A stretch of 64,000 nt of DNA, from contig JAGWXT010000004.1 of assembly GCA_018969715.1 (NCBI GenBank), positions 77,921 through 141,920 on the forward strand, in the 5' to 3' direction. The notes under the pieces are model-generated. The model made no database searches. It had not been told where the DNA came from and saw only the letters and a list, made by a program, of their open reading frames with translations. Shown in pieces: positions 48,143-56,218 of the stretch. This DNA is from Actinomycetales bacterium. GTDB lineage: Bacteria; Actinomycetota; Actinomycetes; S36-B12; UBA5976. The position numbers were made by a program, and so were the translations under genes. How positions within the stretch are numbered: position 1 is the first letter of the stretch; every line of letters begins with the position of its first letter.

Positions 48143-50127
48143 ACCTGCCGCCGCTCGGCCACCGCCGCGACGATCTCGGCCACCGCCTCGGCGACCGGTA
48201 CGCCATTGCGCTGGGTGCCGTCGCGATAGCGGAAGGAAACCGCCGAGGCGGCGATGTCATCGTCGCCGGCGATCAGCATGAAGGGCACCTTCATCGTCTG
48301 CGCCTGACGGATCTTGCGCTGCATGCGGTCAGCGGAGGTGTCGACGCTGGCACGGATGCCGGCGGCCCGCAACTGGCGAGTCACCTCGGTGAGGTGGTCG
48401 ACGTGCTGCTCGGCCACCGGAATCCCAACGGCCTGCTCTGGGGCCAGCCACGGCGGGAAGGCCCCGGCGTAGTGCTCCAACAGGATCGCGAAGAACCGTT
48501 CGATCGAGCCGAACAATGCCCGGTGGATCATGATCGGGCGCTGCCGGGAGCCTTCGGAGGCCTGATACTGCAGCCCGAACCGGGCGGGCAGTTGGAAGTC
48601 CACCTGAATGGTGGAGAGCTGCCACGACCGGTCGAGGGCGTCGGTTGCCTGGACTGAGATCTTCGGCCCGTAGAAGGCGGCGCCCCCCTCGTCGATGACC
48701 AGCGGCAGCTGTTGGCGCTCGGCGGCCGCCCGCAGGGCCTCGGTCGCGTCCTGCCACTCCTCGTCCGATCCGATCGACTTGACCGGGTCGCGCGTGGAGA
48801 GCTCCAGGCTGAACCGGGTGAGCCCGTAGTCGCGCAGCAGGTCGAGGACGAAGGTCAGCAGGCCGTCCAGCTCCCCGGGCATCTGCTCGGCCGTGACGAA
48901 GATGTGGGCGTCGTCCTGCGTGAAGCCACGTGCCCGCGTCAGCCCGTGGACGACCCCTGACTTCTCGTACCGGTAGACCGTGCCGAACTCGAACAGGCGG
49001 ATCGGCAGCTCCCGATATGAACGACCACGGGATCGGTAGATCAGGCAGTGGAAGGGACAGTTCATCGGCTTGAGGTAGTAGTCATGGCCGGCCCGGACCA
49101 GTTCCGCGGGGTCGACATCGAGGGACATCGGCGGGTACATGCCATCGGCGTACCAGTGGAGATGGCCGGACTGCTCGAACAGCGCCCCCTTGCTCACATG
49201 CGGGGTGAAGACGAACTCGTAGCCGGCAGCGGCATGGCGCTCGCGGGAGTAGTCCTCCATCACCCGGCGGACGATCCCGCCACGGGGGTGGAAGACCGCA
49301 AGTCCCGACCCGATCTCCTCGGGGAACGAGAACAGGTCCAGTTCAACCCCCAGCCGGCGGTGGTCGCGGCGCTCAGCCTCAGCACGGCGGTGGACGTAGT
49401 CCGCCAGGGCCGCCTGATCCTCCCAGGCGGTGCCGTAGATGCGCTGCAGTTGCGGGTTGGTGGAGTCCCCTCGCCAGTAGGCGGCGGCGGTGCGCAGCAG
49501 GGCGTGGGCGGGGATGTGCGCCGTCGTGGGCAGGTGGGGGCCACGGCAGAGGTCCGACCAGCGGATCTCACCGGTCTGCGGGTCGCAGTTGTCATACATG
49601 GTGAGCTCGACACCGTCCACCGTCGGCCCCGTCCTCGGTGATGACTCCCCGGCCACGGGCAGTGGGGGTGTCTCCCCCGTCAGCGAGTTCTCACCGCCCT
49701 TGAGGTCGACCAGTTCGAGCTTGTATGGCTCCCCGGCGAGGACGGCACGGGCCTCATCGGGCGTGACCGTCCGCCGCCGGAATGGCTGGCCGGCGCGGAC
49801 GATACGCGCCATCGCCTTCTCGATCGCCCGCAGGTCAGGCGGGGTGAAGGGCTCGGGGACATCGAAGTCGTAGTAGAAGCCGTCGGCGATCGGCGGGCCG
49901 ATCCCGAGACGGGCCTGGGGCTGGAGCTGCTGGACCGCCTGGGCGAGCACATGTGCCGTCGAGTGACGAAGGATCGTCCGCCCCTCATCGGAGTCGATGG
50001 CAACCGGCTCGACCTGATCATCCTCCGAAACCGGCATTGTCAGGTCACAGAGCACGCCATTGACGCGCGCGGCGATGATCCGCCGCTCCCGCCGGCCGAG
50101 GCCAAGCCGCTCACCGGCAGTCACCAC
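48139..50127 (-). CDS. thrS: threonyl-tRNA synthetase
   Basis: [64 protein letters not shown]. Start is uncertain. Confidence 0.96.
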   Translation of the reverse strand: MVTAGERLGLGRRERRIIAARVNGVLCDLTMPVSEDDQVEPVAIDSDEGRTILRHSTAHVLAQAVQQLQPQARLGIGPPIADGFYYDFDVPEPFTPPDLRAIEKAMARIVRAGQPFRRRTVTPDEARAVLAGEPYKLELVDLKGGENSLTGETPPLPVAGESSPRTGPTVDGVELTMYDNCDPQTGEIRWSDLCRGPHLPTTAHIPAHALLRTAAAYWRGDSTNPQLQRIYGTAWEDQAALADYVHRRAEAERRDHRRLGVELDLFSFPEEIGSGLAVFHPRGGIVRRVMEDYSRERHAAAGYEFVFTPHVSKGALFEQSGHLHWYADGMYPPMSLDVDPAELVRAGHDYYLKPMNCPFHCLIYRSRGRSYRELPIRLFEFGTVYRYEKSGVVHGLTRARGFTQDDAHIFVTAEQMPGELDGLLTFVLDLLRDYGLTRFSLELSTRDPVKSIGSDEEWQDATEALRAAAERQQLPLVIDEGGAAFYGPKISVQATDALDRSWQLSTIQVDFQLPARFGLQYQASEGSRQRPIMIHRALFGSIERFFAILLEHYAGAFPPWLAPEQAVGIPVAEQHVDHLTEVTRQLRAAGIRASVDTSADRMQRKIRQAQTMKVPFMLIAGDDDIAASAVSFRYRDGTQRNGVPVAEAVAEIVAAVAERRQV

Positions 50128-50203
50128 CGGGGCTCCCCGGACCTGCTGATCGATCTCGCTCCCGGCCCGGGACCCACAGGATCGCCTCCTCGCATTGCCT
50201 GAC

Positions 50204-50278
50204 TGGTGGGCGATACTGGTCTCGAACCAGTGACCTCTTCGGTGTGAACGAAGCGCTCTACCACTGAGCTAATCGCCC
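50204..50278 (-). tRNA. tRNA-Val(CAC)
   Basis: Reverse complement reads GGGCGATTAGCTCAGTGGTAGAGCG-CTTCG TTCACAC CGAAG-..GGTTCGAGACC..TCGCCCACCA. Confidence 0.95.
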
Positions 50279-50313
50279 GCGCAGCTGGCCGGGAACGGCC
50301 CGTGAGCGCCAGA

Positions 50314-50808
50314 CTACCGGTTGGCCGCGCCCGGCCCCGATCGGCCACGGCCACGCCGGGTGCGCCACCGGGCGGCCAGCCACGTGAACGCCCGCCGCAG
50401 GGGGATGAGGGCACGGTCAGCCCACTGGAACTCCGAGGCGAGGATCAGCAGCCCGACGGCAATCGTCGCCCATCCGGGGCCGGGGAGGACCAGCATGGCA
50501 ATCCCGGCGAGGACCACGCACCCCCCCACGAGGGCCACGACCAGCCGCCACAGGGCATTGGTGAGCGGCCTTGCCCGCGCCCGCTCGCGCCAGCGCAGGT
50601 GGCGCGGGAGTCGCCGCTCCTGCTGGTCGATGTGCACCAGGGCATCCTCGGCCGCGGTGACGATCGTCTCCAGGCGGCGTTCCAGGACGGGATGCTCAAC
50701 GGCCGCCTCCGGAGGCAGGACGGTGGGGCGGCCGATCAGGCTGATCTCTCGCCGGCTGGGCAGACCGGCTGGTGGGCCGAGAGGGCCAGGCGCTCCGCCG
50801 GTGGCCAT
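50314..50808 (-). CDS. PGPGW-motif membrane protein
   Basis: GIAMLVLPGPGWATIAVGLLILASEFQWA. Start is uncertain. Confidence 0.82.
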   Translation of the reverse strand: MATGGAPGPLGPPAGLPSRREISLIGRPTVLPPEAAVEHPVLERRLETIVTAAEDALVHIDQQERRLPRHLRWRERARARPLTNALWRLVVALVGGCVVLAGIAMLVLPGPGWATIAVGLLILASEFQWADRALIPLRRAFTWLAARWRTRRGRGRSGPGAANR

Positions 50809-50826
50809 GGGCCGATGCTAGGAGAC

Positions 50827-51687
50827 TCAGGGATCGCGATCGGCGGCCGCGTGCTGCCGGAACTCCCGCGCCAGCCGTTCCATCGTGGAGCCCGGTCCCA
50901 CCCCAGCTGCCTGCCAGATCACCGTCCCGTCCGCAGCGAGGACGCGGTCAACGGGCTGAAGGCCCCGTAGCGAGGACGTGATGGCCACCTCATCGGCGCG
51001 GGTCAGATCCGCCAGTGTCAGGTGGCACTGGTCGACGTCGAACCATGTGCAGACAAGCTCGCGGGTGATCCCCGGCAGGCAGCCACTGGTGAGGTCGGGA
51101 GACCGTAGCCGTCCCCTGCTGTGGAGGACGATGTTCGAGCCGCTGCCCTCGCATAGGGCCCCGGTATCGCTGAGGAGCAGCGCCTCGGTGGCACCCGCAC
51201 GACGCGCCGCAGCCAGTGCGATGACGTTCTCGGCGTAGGAGGTCGACTTCACCCCGGTCAGCGCCGACCTGGTCGGTCGTCGCCAGTCGACGAGGAGCAG
51301 GGTCGCCGCCCCGACCGTCGGCAGACTCGGTGCAGCGGCGAGGATCCGCGTTCCCGGCCCCGGGCGGCGCTCTGAGCCCAGCGGCCCCTGGCCCCCGGTG
51401 AGAGTCAGGCGCAGCCGCGCCAGCGCCCCCAGGCGCATCCGATCGGCATCCAGCAGCAGGGCGATCTCCTGCCGCAGCACATCGGCCGGCGGGCAGTGCA
51501 GTCCCAGTCGATGCGCGGACCGCGCCAGACGCTCCAGATGGCGGCGGACGGCGAAGGCCGACCCGTGATCGACGCGAACGGTCTCGAATACCCCGTCACC
51601 GACGGTGAGCCCGTGGTCGCACACCGAGATCCCGGCCGACCCGATCGGCCCGAGTCGACCGTTGAGGACCACGTGCTCGGCGGTCAC
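50827..51687 (-). CDS. class IV PLP aminotransferase / aminodeoxychorismate lyase-like
   Basis: DHGLTVGDGVFET, HLERL, KSTSYAEN, EGSGSN, GCLPGITR, TSS motifs. Confidence 0.88.
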   Translation of the reverse strand: MTAEHVVLNGRLGPIGSAGISVCDHGLTVGDGVFETVRVDHGSAFAVRRHLERLARSAHRLGLHCPPADVLRQEIALLLDADRMRLGALARLRLTLTGGQGPLGSERRPGPGTRILAAAPSLPTVGAATLLLVDWRRPTRSALTGVKSTSYAENVIALAAARRAGATEALLLSDTGALCEGSGSNIVLHSRGRLRSPDLTSGCLPGITRELVCTWFDVDQCHLTLADLTRADEVAITSSLRGLQPVDRVLAADGTVIWQAAGVGPGSTMERLAREFRQHAAADRDP

Positions 51688-52778
51688 CGGGCCACCGCAA
51701 CCGGTCCGGTCCAGCCGATCGTCCGACCCGGGTCGCTGGCCAGCCGGATCAGCCGGTGCGACTTGAGCTCCGTCTCCTCCCATTCGGCGAGCGGATCGGA
51801 TGACCAGGTGATGCCGGCACCCGTGCCGAATCGGATGTGGCTGCCGTCGAGGGCGAAGGTGCGGATCGCCACCGCGAGGTCGGCGGTCCCCTCATCGGAG
51901 TCCACCCAGCCGACTGCGCCGCAGTAGAAGCCGCGGGGTGTCGGCTCCAACCCGCGGATCAGCCGCAGGGCAGCGATCTTCGGGGCGCCCGTGACCGATC
52001 CTGGGGGGAAGGTGGCGGCGACGATCTCGGGCCACCCAACGCCATTGCGGAGCCTCGCCTGCACGGTGGACTGGAGGTGGCGCAGACCGGGATGGGCTAC
52101 CTCGGCGAGCAGTTCGGTGACCTCCACGCTTCCGGTGCGGGCGATTCGTCCGAGGTCGTTGCGGACTAGATCGACGATCATGACGTTCTCCGCCTGATCC
52201 TTCTCGCCGAATGGCTGCCCATCGCCGGGTCGGGCAGTGCCCTTGATCGGGGCGGACTGAACCAGGTCTCCCTGCCGGTGCAGGAAGGTCTCCGGCGAGG
52301 CGCTCACCAGCGTGACCGACTGTCGCCAGCCGGTCACGCTGTGCGCGGGCAGGTGGAGCAGCCCGGCATGCGGAGCGGGGTTGTGGCGGAGGATCTCGGC
52401 CAGCAGGGTCAGCGCCGGGTGTGGGCTGTCAGCAGCGCCCGAGAGCAGGGGCGGCATGCCCGCCCGAAGGATCCGGCAGATGTTGGCCTGGTAGACCTCA
52501 CCGCGTCCGATTGCCGCGTGGGTCGCGTGCACGGACGCCTGGTAGGCCACAGCGCTCATTGAGGAGCGCCACTCCTCGCGGCCCGGGCCCGCCCACGGGG
52601 CTGCCAGGGGCACCGCACCAGTGCGGACCTGTGCGAATCGCGCGCAGACAGCCGGTCCATCGAACGGCAGGGCGACCGCCCACCACCCGCCCCGATCCAC
52701 GGCGGCCAGATCGCTGGTGATCTCCCTCAGGCCGGTGGCAAGTCGGCCACCGAACCATGCGATCGCCTCATCCGCCAT
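51684..52778 (-). CDS. chorismate-binding enzyme (PabB/TrpE-like component I)
   Basis: GEVYQAN, SASPETF, PIKGT, ENVMIVDLVRND, FPPGSVTGAPK, AVAIRT, EWEETELK motifs. Confidence 0.9.
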   Translation of the reverse strand: MADEAIAWFGGRLATGLREITSDLAAVDRGGWWAVALPFDGPAVCARFAQVRTGAVPLAAPWAGPGREEWRSSMSAVAYQASVHATHAAIGRGEVYQANICRILRAGMPPLLSGAADSPHPALTLLAEILRHNPAPHAGLLHLPAHSVTGWRQSVTLVSASPETFLHRQGDLVQSAPIKGTARPGDGQPFGEKDQAENVMIVDLVRNDLGRIARTGSVEVTELLAEVAHPGLRHLQSTVQARLRNGVGWPEIVAATFPPGSVTGAPKIAALRLIRGLEPTPRGFYCGAVGWVDSDEGTADLAVAIRTFALDGSHIRFGTGAGITWSSDPLAEWEETELKSHRLIRLASDPGRTIGWTGPVAVAR

Positions 52779-52906
52779 CAGCCCATTCTCGCCACCGGGA
52801 TGGCCGGTCGGCGCCCGACGCACCAGCACGGTGGACGTCGCGCGAGCCGACACAGTCGGCGGGCCGCCAGGTGTGGGGTATCGTGGCCGCGGCCGGTCTT
52901 CGGCTG

Positions 52907-52979
52907 GCGGACGTGGCTCAGTTGGTAGAGCATCACCTTGCCAAGGTGAGGGTCGCGGGTTCGAATCCCGTCGTCCGCT
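52907..52979 (+). tRNA. tRNA-Gly(GCC)
   Basis: GCGGACGTGGCTCAGTTGGTAGAGCA-TCACC TTGCCAA GGTGA-..GGTTCGAATCCC..CGTCCGCT. Confidence 0.95.
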
Positions 52980-53162
52980 CCGTATTTGCGCGAATGTGCA
53001 CGATTTGACGCGGACTCGCAAGTGCACGAGGCGCAAACGTGGCCTGAGTGCGAACGCGGCCGTCGAACGACGGGTGTCGAATGCTGGCGAGGTTCACCCG
53101 CGACGTGCGCCGCTCCCCATCGCTCAATCGCGAGGATCTCGCTCACTGTTCGTGCCCGCGGC

Positions 53163-53200
53163 AGGCGGGTGACACCCCGAATCAGGGGTGTCACCCGCCT
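53163..53200. terminator. perfect 16-bp-stem hairpin between converging tRNA-Gly and surface-protein gene
   Basis: AGGCGGGTGACACCCC-GAATCA-GGGGTGTCACCCGCCT, 18 bp beyond the stop codon; no U-tract. Confidence 0.8.
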
Positions 53201-53218
53201 CCCGCGGCGTCGCGCGGG

Positions 53219-55063
53219 CTACCTCACCCGGAGAGCGCGTGTCACGTACGGCAGGCCGGAGCGTCCTTCCGCATCAATCTCGTAGCTTCCGGCCTTCTTC
53301 ACCCGGACATTGACGGCTCCGGCGCCGGCGTTGTTCACCCGGACGGTGGTGCGCACAGCCGTCTGGCCGCTGCTGTCGTTGGAGATGAACACCGTCACCC
53401 TGCTGTTGGCCTGGAACCCACTGACCTGAACCCGGAACCGGGCATTGGGCTTGACCTGCGAAGGTGCACTCACCGCCGGCTGGCCGGATGCACCGATGGC
53501 GATGGTCGCCGAGGTGCTCGCCTGCGAGGCGGGCATCGACGAGACCGGGTTGCCAACGGGCAGGCCGAACTGGTTGCCCGTCCCGCTGGCGGTGACGGTC
53601 ACCGTCCCGGAGTCGCTGTTGGCGGTGGTGAGGGTCGCCACCGCCTGTCCGGCGGCGCTGGTCACCGCACTGGTGGCCTTGCTGCCGTTGCTGAACTGCC
53701 CCGCCGCCGAGGAGATCGCGAAGTTCACCGACACACCGGCGGGAACGGGGTTGCCGAACCCATCGGTCACCGTTGCGGTGAGGTTCACGGTGGCGCCGGC
53801 GTTGATCTGGGCCGGTGGCGGGGTGAGAACGATATTGCGCGCCGCCGCACCCGAGGTTGCGAAGGCAACCGAGGCGCTGAGGCTATTGCCCGCACTCGCC
53901 GTGAGCGTGCCGGTACCGGTCTGGGTGCTCGCCCACCACACCGTCGCGGTGTTGTTCGCGCCCACCACCGACAGCGACGGTCGGGCGTTGGCGATGGTGC
54001 CGCCCGGGTTGAGCACCAATCCGCCCTGGCTGGCGCTGAACGTCACCGCTGAGGCCGCACCGGAGGTCGTCACCGATACCGGCACGTACGTCACGCCCGG
54101 CTGGAGGGTGCCCGCGGTCGGGACGGTCAGTCCGCTGGTGAAGGCGGCCGCCGCCACGCCGTTGACGGTGAGGTTGGACAGGGTGGCGCTGCCGACCGCG
54201 GCCGACCACACCACGTAGGTGTTCGCCGTGGCGGCGGCAGCATTCGGGACGGTCGCGGTCACCTGGACGGTGTCGGTGAAATAGGTGGAGGTGGCGTTCG
54301 GCCCCGTGTACCCGATGCTGAACTGGCCGTTGGCCCCAGTGGTGGCAGTCGACAACTGGGCATTCTGGTTCGGTCCGACCGTGACCTTGCCGGTGACCGT
54401 CGCCCCGCTCACCGGCTGGCCGAAGGAATTCACGACGGTGCCCGCGATCGTCGTCGCGCCACCGGCGACCCCGGTGTACCCGCTGGTCGAGGACAGGGTG
54501 ATCGCGGAGGACCCCTGTGAGTAGATGATGCCGAGGGCGCTGTCCGCACCGGTCTCGGAGTAGGTGGTGTTGACGATCACGAAGTTGTTCAGGGCGGTCG
54601 CCCCACCGACGAAGGTGAACGTTGCCACGCCATTGACGAGGGCGGCGGTCCCACTGGCCGGGCTGGGCTGGGGGCTGGTCACGGAGCCGTTGCCGGCGCG
54701 GTTGACAGCCGTCCAGGCGACCGTGCCATTGGCGATGAACCCGGCACTTGCCCACTGCAGGGTCAGGCCGGAGGTGCCGGCGGGGACGCAGACGACCGGA
54801 ACTCCCGGCTGACCGGTGATGCTTGCGGGGCAGCCGGCCTGCCCGCCGCTGATAAACGATGCCGGCGAGGTGAGGGTCAGCGTCGAGCCGCCGATCTGGG
54901 CCTGCGCCGGTGCCGCGGCGCCGGCGACCCCGGCAACGACGAGCAGTCCGGCGGCCACGAGACTGACCGAGCTGCGCAGTGGGCGCGACCGCAAGGAGCG
55001 TAACCGCGATGGAACCGCCGACCCGAGTGGGCCGGTGCTCCGCGAGATGGATGATAGGGACAC
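53219..55063 (-). CDS. secreted Ig-like (Big_1-type) repeat surface protein, candidate S-layer protein or adhesin
   Basis: Signal peptide ending APAQA; T/A/G/S/V-rich beta-strand sequence; GTVVNSFGQPV and TATVTDGFGNPV Ig motifs; RBS AGGAAAGG. Confidence 0.8.
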   Translation of the reverse strand: MSLSSISRSTGPLGSAVPSRLRSLRSRPLRSSVSLVAAGLLVVAGVAGAAAPAQAQIGGSTLTLTSPASFISGGQAGCPASITGQPGVPVVCVPAGTSGLTLQWASAGFIANGTVAWTAVNRAGNGSVTSPQPSPASGTAALVNGVATFTFVGGATALNNFVIVNTTYSETGADSALGIIYSQGSSAITLSSTSGYTGVAGGATTIAGTVVNSFGQPVSGATVTGKVTVGPNQNAQLSTATTGANGQFSIGYTGPNATSTYFTDTVQVTATVPNAAAATANTYVVWSAAVGSATLSNLTVNGVAAAAFTSGLTVPTAGTLQPGVTYVPVSVTTSGAASAVTFSASQGGLVLNPGGTIANARPSLSVVGANNTATVWWASTQTGTGTLTASAGNSLSASVAFATSGAAARNIVLTPPPAQINAGATVNLTATVTDGFGNPVPAGVSVNFAISSAAGQFSNGSKATSAVTSAAGQAVATLTTANSDSGTVTVTASGTGNQFGLPVGNPVSSMPASQASTSATIAIGASGQPAVSAPSQVKPNARFRVQVSGFQANSRVTVFISNDSSGQTAVRTTVRVNNAGAGAVNVRVKKAGSYEIDAEGRSGLPYVTRALRVR

Positions 55064-55164
55064 AGTGTGCCTTTCCTGGAGCCGATTGGGGGACTGCTCG
55101 TGTTTGGGGCTGGTTCAGCCCCTTTGTTGAGCCGACGAGGCGATGGACCGCCACCGTTGCCGGC

Positions 55165-55193
55165 ATACTACGCTCACCCCGGGGACGTGTGAG
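55165..55193 (-). promoter_or_regulatory. candidate housekeeping-sigma promoter of the surface-protein gene
   Basis: Minus strand CTCACA-N17-TAGTAT, about 100 nt upstream of the GTG. Confidence 0.45.
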
Positions 55194-55207
55194 GGTCCGA
55201 TGACAAC

Positions 55208-55278
55208 GGTGGAGTGGCCGAGAGGCGAGGCAACGGCCTGCAAAGCCGTGTACACGGGTTCGAATCCCGTCTCCACCT
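55208..55278 (+). tRNA. tRNA-Cys(GCA)
   Basis: GGTGGAGTGGCCGAGAGGCGAGGCA-ACGGC CTGCAAA GCCGT-..GGTTCGAATCCC..CTCCACCT. Confidence 0.95.
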
Positions 55279-55281
55279 CGG

Positions 55282-55355
55282 GGGCGATTAGCTCAGGTGG
55301 CTAGAGCGCATCCTTGACACGGATGAGGTCACAGGTTCAAGTCCTGTATCGCCCA
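55282..55355 (+). tRNA. tRNA-Val(GAC)
   Basis: GGGCGATTAGCTCAGGTGGCTAGAGCG-CATCC TTGACAC GGATG-..GGTTCAAGTCC..TCGCCCA. Confidence 0.95.
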
Positions 55356-55413
55356 CTCGCGGCCGCGTCGTCGGCCTGCGGCTGGCGGGGCGGCAACCGG
55401 CTAGCGTCATCGG

Positions 55414-56208
55414 GTGCTCGGGGATCTCACCTTCACCCTCGGCCGGTCACTGGGCTGGCTGCTCACCCCGGCCACGCTCTGCCTCATCGCACTGGTCACC
55501 ACGGGCATCCTGCTGCTGCGGCGCGGATCCCGCGGCGCGCGGATCATTGGCGGATCCGCCTGCGTGATCGCAGTCCTCCTCGCCTGGTACCCACTGCCGA
55601 CGGCGATCATCGCCCACCTTGAGCGCGTGCCCGGAGCAGTTGACTGGACGAGCGTCAAACCCGGTGAGCTCACCGGGGTGATCGTCCTCGGCGGGGGTGG
55701 TGCGATTCCCGGCTCCCTCACCGAGGAGCGCGGCTCGGTCCAGCTCAATGCGGGCGCCGAGCGGATCACGACCGCGGCGGCAATGGCCCACCGGGATCCG
55801 CGCCTGCTGATCCTCGTCTCTGGGGGATGGGCCGCGCTGGTCGGCGACGGTCCCGGCGAGGCCGATGCCATGACGGCCTTCCTCGCAGAGCAGTCCATCA
55901 GTGGCCCACGGGTGATCAGTGAGCGGCGGTCCCGCAACACCCGGGAGAACGCGGCCCGCACGGCCCCCATCGTCGCCAGCCACCCCGGCCGGTGGGGGCT
56001 CATCACCTCCGCCACGCACATGACGCGCGCGCAGGCGGAGTTCACCGCGGCCGGCGTCGACGTCGTTCCACTGCCGGTGGACTACCAGACCGGCACCGCT
56101 GCCCCGCGGCTGATCGGCTTCGACCCGACCGCGGGACTCAACCGGTGGTCCCTTGCCACCTACGAGGTGCTCGCCCGGGTCCAGCAGGCGCTGGCCGGAC
56201 TCGGCTAG
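55414..56208 (+). CDS. YdcF/ElyC-like DUF218 membrane protein
   Basis: Two N-terminal TMs; IVLGGG, ER, LVSGG, EA..M, SRNTRENA, LITSATHMTRA, PVDY. Confidence 0.9.
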   Translation: MLGDLTFTLGRSLGWLLTPATLCLIALVTTGILLLRRGSRGARIIGGSACVIAVLLAWYPLPTAIIAHLERVPGAVDWTSVKPGELTGVIVLGGGGAIPGSLTEERGSVQLNAGAERITTAAAMAHRDPRLLILVSGGWAALVGDGPGEADAMTAFLAEQSISGPRVISERRSRNTRENAARTAPIVASHPGRWGLITSATHMTRAQAEFTAAGVDVVPLPVDYQTGTAAPRLIGFDPTAGLNRWSLATYEVLARVQQALAGLG

Positions 56209-56218
56209 GCCCGGGACC

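Noticed and set aside
55064-55160. c-di-AMP (ydaO) or other known riboswitch in the surface-gene leader
   Set aside because: I could not see the conserved motifs, and the region is short; kept only as a generic structured leader.
52956-55271. 17-bp direct repeat CGGGTTCGAATCCCGTC flanking the surface gene, read as attL/attR
   Set aside because: Both copies are T-arms of intact, different tRNAs (Gly, Cys). There is no integrase, and excision would create a tRNA with a mismatched acceptor stem.
50204-55355. Invertible segment bounded by two oppositely oriented tRNA-Val genes
   Set aside because: The similarity is ordinary isoacceptor homology, the divergent arrangement is common in actinobacteria, and no recombinase is present.
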